A stretch of 59,524 nt of DNA from Defluviitaleaceae bacterium (GTDB lineage Bacteria; Bacillota; Clostridia; Lachnospirales; WRAA01), in the NCBI GenBank assembly GCA_009780015.1, contig WRAW01000004.1, positions 1 through 59,524 on the forward strand, read 5' to 3'. Positions 18,916 through 28,898 of this stretch are shown in pieces (position 1 is the stretch's first letter; each line of letters begins with the position of its first letter). The notes beneath the pieces are model-generated. The model was not told where the DNA came from and searched no databases. It saw only the letters and a program-made list of their open reading frames with translations. A program made the translations under genes and the position numbers.

Positions 18916-21000
18916 ATGATAAAACTAACCGACCCTGTAACATCGCTCAAAAATGTTGGCGGTAAACGCGCCGCGTCCCTGGCCAAGCTTGGCATACGCA
19001 CCGTGTCCGACCTGGTTCGGCATTTGCCGCGCAAGTACCTTGACCGGACGAAGACAACCCGTCCGGCCGACCTGCTTCCCGGAAGTCTTGTGACATTGCG
19101 GGCCACCATAGCTTCTGACCCGGCTTACAAACCCACCGGCGGCCGCACATCCCTGACTACGGTAAAACTTCGCGATGCCGGCTCAGAATCCGATATCACA
19201 CCGGGCGCTATTATCGAAGCGGTGTGGTTTAACGTACCTTTCGTGCGGTACGCGCTCAAAAAGGGCAGAACTTACATATTCACGGGAAAGGCGGCGCGCG
19301 GCAAGTCCGGCGCGCTCCAGCTTATATCACCCGAATTCGATGAGGCCGGCGACACGGCCTCGCTTTCGCACGAGCGCATAGTGCCTGTCTACGCCACAAC
19401 CGCCGACCTTGGCCAGAAGACTCTGCGCGCGTTGATCCGGCAGGCGCTTGACGCGGTTCTCGACCAGACCGAGGACTTCCTTCCCAATTACGTTGCCGAT
19501 AGCTGCGCTCTGGCAGGCCTTGTCTTCGCTCTGGCCAATATTCACTTCCCCGCAGACTACGACAGCTTCTTCAAGGCTCGCCACAGGCTTGTCTTCGAGG
19601 AGCTTTTTGTCGTTCAACTGGCCCTCTTCTTCGTGAAGGGACACGCAAAGCAGCCCACGGAACTTATCATATCCCCGGCCGACTTCTCCCCAGCCCTTAA
19701 TCTCTTCCCATTTGAGCTGACCGATACGCAGCTTTCCACTCTTTCACAAATTCAGGCCGACTTTCAATCGGGGTACGCCGCAAACAGGCTGATACAGGGC
19801 GACGTTGGCTCCGGCAAGACCGCCGTGGCGATGTGCGCCGTCTACATGGCCGTATCAGCAGGCGCTGATTATCAGGCCGCGGTGATGACACCCACAGAGG
19901 TGCTGGCTGCCCAGCATTTCTCCACATTTGCGCCATTCTTCGAGCAACTTGGCGTCGATACCGTACTCCTGACGGGTAAGATGCGCAAATCCGAACGTGA
20001 CGAGGCGCTGGCCAAAGTTGCCGACGGCACGGCGCGGATCGTAATCGGAACCCACGCTCTTATCCAGTCAAAGGTTGAATTCGCGCGCCTTACACTGGTC
20101 GTCACCGACGAACAGCACCGCTTCGGCGTACGCCAGCGTCTCGCCCTTTCCGAAAAGGGGCGGGGCGTACATACCCTTGTTATGTCTGCGACACCAATCC
20201 CTCGCACCCTGGCCCTAATCCTCTACGGCGACATGGATATCTCCGTAATAGACTCCATGCCGCCGGGACGCAAACCAATCAAGACTTACTCAGTGACGGC
20301 GGCCTACCGCCCGCGCCTGTACAAATTCATCGAAAAGCTGGTAAACGAAGGCCAGCAAGCCTACGTAATCTGCCCTGCAATCGAAGAGAGCGAGCACGGC
20401 GGCACATCCGTACTGGAATACGCAGATACGCTCCGCTCCGCCCTGCCCGGTCTGCGCATAGCCCACCTCCACGGCCAGATGCCTCAGAACGACAAGAACG
20501 CCGTCATGCAAGCCTTCGCAGGCGGCGGCGCCGACGTGCTTGTATCCACAACAGTTATCGAGGTAGGCGTCAACGTGCCCCGCGCTACCCTGATGATTGT
20601 CGAGGACGCCGAACGCTTCGGCCTGTCCCAGCTGCACCAACTTCGCGGCCGCGTCGGGCGCGGCGGAGATCAGTCCTACTGCGTGCTCGTCTCCGACACA
20701 CAGGGCGACGTATATAAACGCCGCGCCGCCGCCATGACCGCCACAACCGACGGCTTCGCCCTATCCCGCCTTGACCTCGAGCTTCGCGGCCCAGGCGACT
20801 TCTTCGGCACGGCGCAACACGGCCTGCCCGAGCTTACCATCGCCAACCTGTACGAAGACATTTCCGTCCTGGAACAAGCGCAAGCGGCCGCCCGCCGCAT
20901 CCTTGACTCCGACCCGGCTATGACCGCCCCTTGCCACGCCGCTCTGTACGGGCGAATCCAGTCCTTCATATCAAACATGTCCTACCAGGGAGTGCTGTAA
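18916..21000 (+). CDS. recG: ATP-dependent DNA helicase RecG
   Basis: QGDVGSGKT, DEQHRFG, MSATPIPRTL, QLHQLRGRVGRG and DLELRGPG motifs. Confidence 0.97.
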   Translation: MIKLTDPVTSLKNVGGKRAASLAKLGIRTVSDLVRHLPRKYLDRTKTTRPADLLPGSLVTLRATIASDPAYKPTGGRTSLTTVKLRDAGSESDITPGAIIEAVWFNVPFVRYALKKGRTYIFTGKAARGKSGALQLISPEFDEAGDTASLSHERIVPVYATTADLGQKTLRALIRQALDAVLDQTEDFLPNYVADSCALAGLVFALANIHFPADYDSFFKARHRLVFEELFVVQLALFFVKGHAKQPTELIISPADFSPALNLFPFELTDTQLSTLSQIQADFQSGYAANRLIQGDVGSGKTAVAMCAVYMAVSAGADYQAAVMTPTEVLAAQHFSTFAPFFEQLGVDTVLLTGKMRKSERDEALAKVADGTARIVIGTHALIQSKVEFARLTLVVTDEQHRFGVRQRLALSEKGRGVHTLVMSATPIPRTLALILYGDMDISVIDSMPPGRKPIKTYSVTAAYRPRLYKFIEKLVNEGQQAYVICPAIEESEHGGTSVLEYADTLRSALPGLRIAHLHGQMPQNDKNAVMQAFAGGGADVLVSTTVIEVGVNVPRATLMIVEDAERFGLSQLHQLRGRVGRGGDQSYCVLVSDTQGDVYKRRAAAMTATTDGFALSRLDLELRGPGDFFGTAQHGLPELTIANLYEDISVLEQAQAAARRILDSDPAMTAPCHAALYGRIQSFISNMSYQGVL

Positions 21001-21724
21001 ATGATACTTCTACTTCACCTGGAAAGGGCTTTTGGGCTGCTTGGCATCCCATTTATCTGGTGGTATTCAACCGCAAAAAAGAACACTTCCTTTCTCAAGT
21101 ATGTCGGGCTGAAAAAATATGCATTACGTATAACCGCTTTGCGACCGCAATCGTAGCCGCAATAATATACACCCGCCTCATGCCCACGCTTTATTATAGG
21201 CTTGCGCCGGAGGCGTTCGCCTCTATTCAAATTGAACAGAACTTCGACAGCTCAAACGCTTGGATGATTATATACTTTATAGGGTGTGTTTGAAAACCCG
21301 CTTTTGGCGAATTTTCGAGTGATTTTTTCGTCAGGCTAGGAAGCGCTGACAACGACTGACGGGAAAAGCGCCGAAAATACGTCGAAATGGGATTTTCAAA
21401 CACGCCCTAATTATTAACACAATATTTCTGACGGGATTTTTGGAGGAAGTCGGATTCCGGGGCTTTCTCGGCAAACGCCTTATCGCAAAATTCGGCTTCG
21501 CCGCCGGAAACGCGGTTCAGGCAGCTATGTTCGGGCTTAGCCATAATGTTATAGGGGTATATCTGTCTTACGGCCTTATACAAGCCGCCGGCGTTTTTAT
21601 GATAACCGGAATCTTCGGCTGGATAGCAGGATACATAACCGAAAAGAAAGCTGGCGGTTCAATCGTTCCGGCCTGGATTCTGCACGCTATCGCCAATATA
21701 CCTGTATTCACATTTTTGTTGTAA
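21001..21724 (+). pseudogene. CPBP/CAAX (Abi) intramembrane metalloprotease broken by a frameshift and a MITE insertion
   Basis: N-terminus IPFIWW...YVGLKK; frame change near the A6 run at 21112-21117; element at 21282-21407; C-terminal EEVGFRG, FGLSH and LHAIAN motifs. Confidence 0.8.
21282..21407. mobile_element. Type-B MITE-like element inserted at TA
   Basis: TA|GGGTGTGTTTGAAAA ... TTTTCAAACACGCCC|TA with a shortened CTAGGAAG..GCTGAC core. Confidence 0.85.
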
Positions 21725-21777
21725 TATCTGTCCCCCTTCGCCTATATAATGTTAGAAAAAGGAACGAGGGGGCAATC

Positions 21778-22065
21778 ATGCCGGACGACAAGAAAACGGG
21801 CTCCAAGCACAGCGTAACGCTGGAACGCCGCGAAAACATCAGTGTAAGCGGAGTGCTGGACGTAATATCATTTGACGAAGATGCGATAGTCATAGACACA
21901 GAACTGGGCATTCTCATCCTCAAGGGCGTTGGACTGCACGTCAACCGCCTCAACCTGGACACCGGTGAGCTGGAAGTGGACGGCGACATTGTATCGCTAA
22001 ACTACGAGGAAGGCCACACCTACGGCAAGAACAAGCCCATGTTCCTGGGCAAGCTGTTCAAGTAA
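21778..22065 (+). CDS. yabP: Sporulation protein YabP
   Basis: RENISVSGVLDVISFDE and G.LILKG.GLHV.RLNL motifs. Confidence 0.92.
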   Translation: MPDDKKTGSKHSVTLERRENISVSGVLDVISFDEDAIVIDTELGILILKGVGLHVNRLNLDTGELEVDGDIVSLNYEEGHTYGKNKPMFLGKLFK

Positions 22066-22075
22066 GGAGCCGCGC

Positions 22076-22597
22076 ATGATTCTGTCTGTCTCGGAACAGG
22101 CGCGGCTCTTCCTGTTCGCGTGCGCCGCCGGGTTTGTCATCGGCCTGGTATACGACGCGTTTCGGATCATCCGCCTCGCCGTCCCTCACCCCTCCTTCCT
22201 GATCCAGCTCGAAGACGTCCTCTACTGGGCGCTGGCCTCCGCCGGGATGTTCATTTTTATGCAATACACCACAGGCGGCGAAGTACGGGCGTATTCCATA
22301 TTTGGAACCGCTCTTGGCGCGTTAATCTACTTCATGACTCTAAGCGCCTTCATCATGGCAGTGTCCACAGCAATTATAAACCTCGTCAAAAAGATTCTGG
22401 CGGCCATAATCACCGTCGCGCTTATTCCTGTTCGCCTGATACTTCATATTCTGGCCATTCCATACGGCGCCGCGAAAAAATTTTTGCGTTTGGCGAAAAA
22501 ACCTTGCAAAAAACTCTTGCAAAACTCGCTCACTTGTGCCAAAATAGGTAGGAAGAAACTCGCAAGGGATGTCTCGATAATCTTCAGGAAACGCTAG
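22076..22597 (+). CDS. yabQ: Spore cortex biosynthesis protein YabQ
   Basis: GLVYDAFRIIR, EDVLYW and GEVRAY motifs; follows yabP. Confidence 0.9.
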   Translation: MILSVSEQARLFLFACAAGFVIGLVYDAFRIIRLAVPHPSFLIQLEDVLYWALASAGMFIFMQYTTGGEVRAYSIFGTALGALIYFMTLSAFIMAVSTAIINLVKKILAAIITVALIPVRLILHILAIPYGAAKKFLRLAKKPCKKLLQNSLTCAKIGRKKLARDVSIIFRKR

Positions 22598-22619
22598 TAA
22601 AGGCTTTAAAGGTGATTCC

Positions 22620-22976
22620 ATGCGGCAAAACCCGGCTTCCGATCCGGCACAAGACTCATCAGACCTTCATGACGTTCCGTCGGACAGATGGCAAATGAAC
22701 CCCAAAACTCGGCTGCGCCTCTACATCGCTTTCTGGTTCGCCACAATTGTTTCGTTCACGATAACAATTATGACCCAGTTCTATCGCCTCGACGCCCTTG
22801 CCGCCCAGGAAGCGCAGCTCCAGGATCAGATCGCCGCAGCCCGCCAAGTCACCCGTGACCTCGAGCACGACCTGCACTTCCATTACTCCGACGCATTCGT
22901 CGAGCGCATCGCCCGCGAGCGCCTTGATTTTATACGCGCGGACGAAACGATCTTCATCAACGACGCTGCAAGATAA
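22620..22976 (+). CDS. divIC: Septum formation initiator DivIC/FtsB
   Basis: TM segment, coiled coil and SDAFVERIARERL..IRADETIF; follows yabQ. Confidence 0.8.
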   Translation: MRQNPASDPAQDSSDLHDVPSDRWQMNPKTRLRLYIAFWFATIVSFTITIMTQFYRLDALAAQEAQLQDQIAAARQVTRDLEHDLHFHYSDAFVERIARERLDFIRADETIFINDAAR

Positions 22977-22992
22977 CACCGAACAAGTATCC

Positions 22993-23064
22993 GGCCCATT
23001 GGTCAAGCGGTCAAGACGCGGCCCTCTCACGGCTGAAACAGGGGTTCGAGTCCCCTATGGGTCA
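22993..23064 (+). tRNA. tRNA-Glu (anticodon CTC); CCA not encoded
   Basis: Acceptor GGCCCAT/ATGGGTC, anticodon arm CGGCC-CT CTC AC-GGCTG, T arm AGGGG-TTCGAGT-CCCCT. Confidence 0.95.
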
Positions 23065-23091
23065 CTATCACCTCATTTTTGGAGTTGTCTT

Positions 23092-23298
23092 ATGCGTTTT
23101 AATGTTACGGTGGCAGTAGCACAAGAAGACCATTGGTATGTGGCAAAGTGTTTGGAGAATAGCATTGCTTCCCAAGGTAAGAGTATTGAGGAAGCTTTAA
23201 GCAACTTGAGGGAAGCTTTAGAACTGTACTTTGAAGATGGTGCGGAGATTCCAGTTTCAAAACAAACATTTGTTACTACAATGGAGATTGCTATATAA
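23092..23298 (+). CDS. hicB: Short HicB-like antitoxin (68 aa)
   Basis: WYVAKCLE..IASQGKSIEEALSNLREALELYFE; TAATG overlap with hicA. Confidence 0.85.
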   Translation: MRFNVTVAVAQEDHWYVAKCLENSIASQGKSIEEALSNLREALELYFEDGAEIPVSKQTFVTTMEIAI

Positions 23299-23531
23299 TG
23301 GGGTCAAAATATCCCGTTCTCAAGCCTTTTGAAGTTATCGGCGTTCTTAAAGTGTTCGGATTCGTATTCAAATCGCAAAAAGGCAGTCATGCAAAATATG
23401 TGAAAATAGAAAAAGGCACATCAACAAAAACTGTAATTGTTCCCATGCATGATGAAGTATCGAAAGGTACGCTCCAAAGCATTTTGGAACAATCGGGTTT
23501 GTCCCTTGATGAATTTTTAAGCAAGCTATAA
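23298..23531 (+). CDS. hicA: HicA-family mRNA interferase toxin
   Basis: GF...SQKGSH, VPMH.EV.KGTL.SIL.QSGL motifs. Confidence 0.9.
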   Translation: MGSKYPVLKPFEVIGVLKVFGFVFKSQKGSHAKYVKIEKGTSTKTVIVPMHDEVSKGTLQSILEQSGLSLDEFLSKL

Positions 23532-23588
23532 ACCTTGGACAATCATACCGCCGAGGTTTTTTGTTATGATGCACGAAAGGAGGATCAT

Positions 23589-24527
23589 ATGTCCGATTCC
23601 AAAGCATATTCCGCGATAGGCGGCCAGGCCGTAATCGAAGGCGTAATGATGCGCAGCAAGACAAGCTACGCAATGGCCGTCCGCAGCCCGGGGAACAGTA
23701 TAGTAATAGTCAAGAGCGCGCTGGCGACAACCGCCAAGCGTTCCAAAATACTCGCACTGCCCATAATTCGCGGCGTCGTAGCGCTGATCGACTCGATGGC
23801 GCTAGGCATGAAGCTGATGACGAAGTCCGCGGACATCGCCATGGAAGAAACCGCGCAGGAGCCGCCCTCCAAGTTCGAGAAGTGGCTCGAGGGCAAGCTC
23901 GGCGACAAGACCACCGACGTCATGATCTTCATATCAGTGGCCATCGCGTTGGTGATGGGAACGGGTCTGTTCATGCTGATGCCGGCATTTATCGCCTCAT
24001 TTACCAACCCGATTATCGGCGAACACACATGGGCGCTCGGCATCTTCGAGGGGCTGCTGCGCATAGCGATACTGGTCGGCTACATTCTGCTGATATCGCG
24101 CATGAAGGATATACGACGCGTGTTCCAGTATCACGGCGCGGAGCACAAATGCATAAACTGTCTCGAGAGTTCCCGCGAACTTACCGTGGAAAACGTAATG
24201 CAGTGCTCACGTCTGCACAAGCGCTGCGGCACAAGCTTCCTGCTCTTTGTAATGATTATAAGTATGGTCACATTCTTCTTCGTGCGAACGGACGTTGTTC
24301 TGCTTCGCTTCGGGATGAGAATACTGCTGGTTCCGTTCATCGCCGGGCTTTCTTACGAGGTTATCCGCTGGGCGGGGCGTTCGGAATCGCGCTTTGTAAA
24401 GCTCGTGAGCGTACCCGGCCTGTGGCTGCAACGCCTGACCACGCAGGAGCCCGACCCCGAGCAACTCGAAGTAGCAATCGCGGCTCTCAGCGAGGTACTG
24501 GATGACAAACAGCCGCTCACTGCGTAA
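23589..24527 (+). CDS. DUF1385 membrane protein
   Basis: IGGQAVIEGVMMR, FQYHGAEHK and RLHKRCGTSF motifs; upstream of prmC-prfA. Confidence 0.9.
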   Translation: MSDSKAYSAIGGQAVIEGVMMRSKTSYAMAVRSPGNSIVIVKSALATTAKRSKILALPIIRGVVALIDSMALGMKLMTKSADIAMEETAQEPPSKFEKWLEGKLGDKTTDVMIFISVAIALVMGTGLFMLMPAFIASFTNPIIGEHTWALGIFEGLLRIAILVGYILLISRMKDIRRVFQYHGAEHKCINCLESSRELTVENVMQCSRLHKRCGTSFLLFVMIISMVTFFFVRTDVVLLRFGMRILLVPFIAGLSYEVIRWAGRSESRFVKLVSVPGLWLQRLTTQEPDPEQLEVAIAALSEVLDDKQPLTA

Positions 24528-25377
24528 TTATCTGACATATGCCGCAAACGAGCTTCGCCGCCTGCACATCGAATCAGCAAATCTAGACGCCCAGCTGCTG
24601 GCCGCCCATGTCCTGAGGCAAAACCGCGTATATGTCCTGACCCACCCCGAAATTGAGCTTACACAGGAACAGGCGCGCAAATTCGACTCCCTGATAGAAC
24701 GCCGGAGCCGCCACGAGCCCATCGCATATATCTTGGGCTTCTGCGAGTTCATGTCGCTGACCTTCGCGGTTGACAACAATGTGCTGATACCCCGCGCTGA
24801 TACCGAAACTCTTGTAGAGGCCGCAATCTCCGAAGTACACGGACGCGGGGCGCGTCGCGTTCTGGAAATAGGTACGGGGTCGGGCTGCATAGCCGTATCC
24901 CTTGCCGTAAACTGCCCCGATATTCACATAACCGCCGTGGATATCTCACCCCCCGCGCTGGATGTCGCAAAGGACAACGCCGCCGCGCACGGTGTAAATG
25001 AGCGCGTCAGGCTCGTACACGGCGACATTTTCGACAATCGTCTGACGTCCGCCCTTGCCGCCTCCGGGCGCTTCGACATGCTGCTCTCCAACCCGCCCTA
25101 TATCACCGCCGCCGAAATGTCCGGCCTGCCGCCAAGCGTCCGTAGCTACGAGCCGCACACGGCTCTCCTGGGCGGCTCCGACGGCCTGAATTTTTACCGT
25201 GAAATCGCGCGCCGATCGCCCAGCCTGCTGAGCGCGCGCGCCGCCATATTGCTGGAAATCGGCTGCGACCAGGCAGACCAGGTGCGTGACATATATGGAG
25301 GCAAATTCACCAATATTGCCATACTGCAAGACCTGGCCGCCAAAGACCGAGTCCTTCGCGCCGACTACGTATCATAG
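24502..25377 (+). CDS. prmC: Release factor glutamine methyltransferase
   Basis: [26 protein letters not shown] and SNPPYI motifs. Confidence 0.95.
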   Translation: MTNSRSLRNYLTYAANELRRLHIESANLDAQLLAAHVLRQNRVYVLTHPEIELTQEQARKFDSLIERRSRHEPIAYILGFCEFMSLTFAVDNNVLIPRADTETLVEAAISEVHGRGARRVLEIGTGSGCIAVSLAVNCPDIHITAVDISPPALDVAKDNAAAHGVNERVRLVHGDIFDNRLTSALAASGRFDMLLSNPPYITAAEMSGLPPSVRSYEPHTALLGGSDGLNFYREIARRSPSLLSARAAILLEIGCDQADQVRDIYGGKFTNIAILQDLAAKDRVLRADYVS

Positions 25378-25391
25378 AGAGGATTTTAACC

Positions 25392-26462
25392 TTGTTTCAC
25401 CGACTAGAAGAAATCGAGAGTAAGTACGACAGCCTGGCGGAGCGCGTAAACGACCCCGCAACCATCGCCGCGCAAGACACCTGGCGCGCGCTGATGAAGG
25501 AATATTCCGATCTCACTCCAATCGTAGAGACCTACCGCACATACAAGACCGCCAAGGCCAATGTGGAAGAATCCAAGCAGCTACTGCACGACAATCTGGA
25601 CGACGACTTCCGCCAGCTTGTCAAGGAAGAACTGAAAGAAAACCAAGAGCGCCTTGAAGAACTGACGGACAGCCTGAAAATACTGCTGCTGCCGAAAGAC
25701 CCCAACGACGACAAGAACGTTATTGTCGAAATCCGCGGCGGTGCGGGCGGCGACGAAGCCGCGCTCTTCGCGGGCGACTTGTTCCGCATGTATTCGCGCT
25801 ACGCCGAGCGCAGCCGCTGGAAAACCGAGCTTATGAGCGCCAACGAAAACGAGGTCGGCGGCTTCAAGGAAGTCGCGTTCCTGATAAACGGCAAGGGAGC
25901 GTACTCGCGCCTAAAGTACGAATCGGGCGTACACCGCGTCCAGCGCATACCCGTCACCGAATCCGGCGGACGCATCCACACTTCCACCGTAACCGTGGCC
26001 GTGCTGCCCGAAGCCGAAGAAGTCGACATCGACCTGGACATGGGCGACGTCCGCGTGGACGTGTTCCGCTCCTCCGGCAACGGCGGGCAAAGCGTCAACA
26101 CAACCGACTCCGCCGTACGCATAACCCACGCCCCCACAGGCATCGTAATAAGCTGTCAGGACGAAAAGAGCCAGCTAAAGAACAAGGACAAAGCGCTGAA
26201 AATACTGCGCGCGAAGCTCTACGACCTGGAGCTTGAAAAACAGCAGCGCCGCGAACGCCAGGAGCGCCAAAGCCAGATTGGCACGGGCGACCGCTCCGAG
26301 CGCATACGCACCTACAACTTCCCCCAGGGCAGAGTCACCGATCACCGGGTTTCGCTCACCCTCCACCGCCTCGACGCCATCCTTGACGGCGACATAACCG
26401 AAATTATGGACACTCTCATAACCTACTATCAGGCCGAAATGCTCAAAGCGTCACAAGTCTAG
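25392..26462 (+). CDS. prfA: Peptide chain release factor 1
   Basis: GGQ motif and the RF1 PxT motif (RIPVTE); [10 protein letters not shown]. Confidence 0.97.
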   Translation: MFHRLEEIESKYDSLAERVNDPATIAAQDTWRALMKEYSDLTPIVETYRTYKTAKANVEESKQLLHDNLDDDFRQLVKEELKENQERLEELTDSLKILLLPKDPNDDKNVIVEIRGGAGGDEAALFAGDLFRMYSRYAERSRWKTELMSANENEVGGFKEVAFLINGKGAYSRLKYESGVHRVQRIPVTESGGRIHTSTVTVAVLPEAEEVDIDLDMGDVRVDVFRSSGNGGQSVNTTDSAVRITHAPTGIVISCQDEKSQLKNKDKALKILRAKLYDLELEKQQRRERQERQSQIGTGDRSERIRTYNFPQGRVTDHRVSLTLHRLDAILDGDITEIMDTLITYYQAEMLKASQV

Positions 26463-26470
26463 CAAATTTT

Positions 26471-26499
26471 TGTAAACTTTTCGCCCCGCACGCCGTATA
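26471..26499 (+). promoter_or_regulatory. Putative ECF (SigW-like) promoter
   Basis: TGTAAAC-16 bp-CGTATA upstream of a YvlB-like gene. Confidence 0.45.
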
Positions 26500-26551
26500 T
26501 GTAGATGATAGTTAAGTATAATATCGTTATATGAAAGAAGGAGGCTCCAAC

Positions 26552-26986
26552 ATGAAAGAAGAAAGAATGATGATCCTGCAAATGCTCAGCGAAGAAAAGA
26601 TCAGCGCCGAAGAAGCCGAAAACTTGATCCTTGCGCTGTCCAAGAGCGAAAAGCCGCATTGGCACGCCCCGAACATCGATATCGACAAAGAAAAGTTCAA
26701 CGAAAAGATGGGGCAATTCGCGGAATCGATGGATACTTTCGCGAAAGACTTCAGCAGCAAAGCCCACGAAGTCTATAAGGACGTAGAGCCTAAACTAAGG
26801 AGTGCGGCAAAAACGCTTATCGAAAAAACAGCCTCTCTGGCCGACGAAGTCTCCAAAAATCTTAACGAAAGCATCCGCAAGATGGATGAAGACGCCGGCA
26901 AAAAGTGCGACTGCGGCTGCCAGGACCACCAGCACCAATCAAGCGACGTAGTCTACAACAAGCCCGAAGACGAAAACAATAACTAA
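26552..26986 (+). CDS. Protein with a SHOCT-like (YvlB/LiaX N-terminal) domain
   Basis: MKEERMMILQML.E.KISAEEAE.LI.AL; AAGGAGG RBS. Confidence 0.75.
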   Translation: MKEERMMILQMLSEEKISAEEAENLILALSKSEKPHWHAPNIDIDKEKFNEKMGQFAESMDTFAKDFSSKAHEVYKDVEPKLRSAAKTLIEKTASLADEVSKNLNESIRKMDEDAGKKCDCGCQDHQHQSSDVVYNKPEDENNN

Positions 26987-26998
26987 AATCTAACTTAA

Positions 26999-27040
26999 AG
27001 GCTGACGCGGTTTAATGCCGCAATCAGCCTATTTATTTGT
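26999..27040. terminator. Intrinsic terminator between convergent genes
   Basis: Hairpin AGGCTGA.GCGG...CCGC..TCAGCCT followed by a T-rich tract. Confidence 0.55.
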
Positions 27041-27043
27041 CCA

Positions 27044-27508
27044 TCAAGCCAGATTGAACAGTGTCAGACCTCTTTCTTCCGCATACGACACCGCCTGAGC
27101 CGTAAGGCCCGAATCTTCGCCGCTAAGATACGCAACGCAAATATCGCTCATCTCCACCAGACGAATGTTGCGTCGTTTGGCGCTGTGCAAAGAATATCTT
27201 TTAGATATGCAGCTAATTTCATCGGAATTGTCCATTATTTTCTTGTAGATCGGATTGCTTAGCACATCCGATTGTACTTCACGGATACTGCATGGTAGCA
27301 CTGAAATAAGCCTTATTCTGTCGTATTTCTCTTTGAAGTCCACTACAAAGCTTCCCCCCATAGTGTCAAAGCCGCAGTTCCCACCGTAGATGAAGGAATC
27401 CACTTTATTGTGGAGAATAAGGCTGTGTATCGTCTCTTTAAGCCGACTCTCCAACGCTAAATATTCTCTTTTCGTAATCATATAATGGCCAATAAAACAT
27501 GCAGTCAT
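27044..27508 (-). CDS. SLOG/YspA (DUF1273-like) family protein
   Basis: TACFIGH, F.YGG..GFD, RRN..LVE.SD.CVAY and T...V.YA motifs. Confidence 0.7.
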   Translation of the reverse strand: MTACFIGHYMITKREYLALESRLKETIHSLILHNKVDSFIYGGNCGFDTMGGSFVVDFKEKYDRIRLISVLPCSIREVQSDVLSNPIYKKIMDNSDEISCISKRYSLHSAKRRNIRLVEMSDICVAYLSGEDSGLTAQAVSYAEERGLTLFNLA

Positions 27509-27621
27509 AACATCACCTCATATGCTATTGTATATATTTTTGTGCGATGAGCACACTGTTTAAACAATAGCATATTTTTGTGCTCAAAGCAATAGCCCAT
27601 AATGTATATAGGTGATAATAT

Positions 27622-27963
27622 TTGGATAAAGTTGTTATTGGAAAACGGTTGCGCCGTTCCAGAGAGAAACTTTCGTTAACAAGGGAACAGTTCGCGGAAA
27701 AGGTTGAACTATCTCCGCAATTTATTGCTCAAATTGAAAATGCCAACAGGGGAATGTCTGCTGAAACGTTGTACAAAATTTGTACAAGGCTTGACATTTC
27801 ACCGGAATATATATTACTGGGCAATCAACCAATGAACGAATTGCAGCTCCCATATGTGGATTTACTGCGCAAGATACCACCGGACTATTCCGGTGTATTT
27901 GAGGAATATGTAAAAAATTTCTTGGACGTCATCAAAATAGCCGAACGCAAATACGAACTGTAA
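27622..27963 (+). CDS. XRE-family HTH regulator
   Basis: IGKRLRRSREKLSLTREQFAEKVELSPQFIAQIEN; divergent from the SLOG gene across an ATATGCTATTGT/ACAATAGCATAT inverted repeat. Confidence 0.88.
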   Translation: MDKVVIGKRLRRSREKLSLTREQFAEKVELSPQFIAQIENANRGMSAETLYKICTRLDISPEYILLGNQPMNELQLPYVDLLRKIPPDYSGVFEEYVKNFLDVIKIAERKYEL

Positions 27964-27968
27964 GACAT

Positions 27969-28004
27969 AAAAAAGGATACCCTGCTTGTCAGCGTATCCT
28001 TTTT
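27969..28004. terminator. Bidirectional intrinsic terminator
   Basis: AAAAAAGGATAC...GTATCCTTTTT between convergent genes. Confidence 0.7.
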
Positions 28005-28016
28005 CTGTGCAAGCGA

Positions 28017-28898
28017 TCACAACCCCCGCGCCCATTCGTGTCTATATCCGATCTGCCCTTTCAAGGCTTCTTTAAGAATATTCTTCATCGGCTCGATATC
28101 CTGGTTCAGCGTACCCTTGAGCGCCACATAATTGGAAGGGTGGTTGGATCTGAATACACTGCCCTCACTGTCAAGATTCTCCAGCATCAACAGCGTTTCG
28201 GCGCTGATCTCCATCGGCCCCGGAACCTCGAACATCCCCGCCGCGCTTCTTTCGTAAAGAGGCGTCCCATCCACGATCATCAGCGCCAAAAGCCCGATAT
28301 AGTCAGGCTTCATCCGGGACAAGGCCTCTCCGGTTTTTATGGCGTGCTCCTCCCACAACGATGTTCCCCCAAGACCCGATATCGCCGTTACCGACAATGT
28401 CATTCCGGCGTCTTTCACTCTGATTCCCGCCTCGACAATTTCATCAACGGCCTCGCCCTTGTTCATATCTTTAAGCACGGTGTCACTGCCCGATTCCAAG
28501 CCCATATACACCATGTTCAGCCCAAGCTCACGCAAAAGCCTCAAATCTTCGGCGGACTTGCGCAAAACGCTGCGCGGAGAACCATAACAGCTTACCCGCG
28601 TACATTCGGGAAAAATAGAGCGGATATGCTCAAGCATCAGCCTCCAGTCGTCTGTCCGGCGAATAAGCGCGTCCCCGTCGGCGACAAATATACGCTCCAC
28701 ACCGCTGTAATCTCGGCGGGCGGCGGAAAGATCGTCCAACACCGCCTGAATCTCCCGCACGCGGAACGTCTTCTCCTTGTACATATCGCAAAAATCACAC
28801 TTGTTATGACTGCACCCTATGGTAGACTGAATTATGAGGCTGTACGCCTCGCTCGGTGGTCGGAAAACCCTGCCTTCATACATCATATAATCATCCAC
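28017..28898 (-). CDS. Radical SAM protein
   Basis: CSHNKCDFC (CxxxCxxC), YEG.VFRPPSEA.SLI and YMGLESG motifs. Confidence 0.9.
   Translation of the reverse strand: MDDYMMYEGRVFRPPSEAYSLIIQSTIGCSHNKCDFCDMYKEKTFRVREIQAVLDDLSAARRDYSGVERIFVADGDALIRRTDDWRLMLEHIRSIFPECTRVSCYGSPRSVLRKSAEDLRLLRELGLNMVYMGLESGSDTVLKDMNKGEAVDEIVEAGIRVKDAGMTLSVTAISGLGGTSLWEEHAIKTGEALSRMKPDYIGLLALMIVDGTPLYERSAAGMFEVPGPMEISAETLLMLENLDSEGSVFRSNHPSNYVALKGTLNQDIEPMKNILKEALKGQIGYRHEWARGL

Noticed and set aside
22993-23588. Integrative element or prophage at tRNA-Glu
   Set aside because: No integrase and no duplicated tRNA 3' end were seen.
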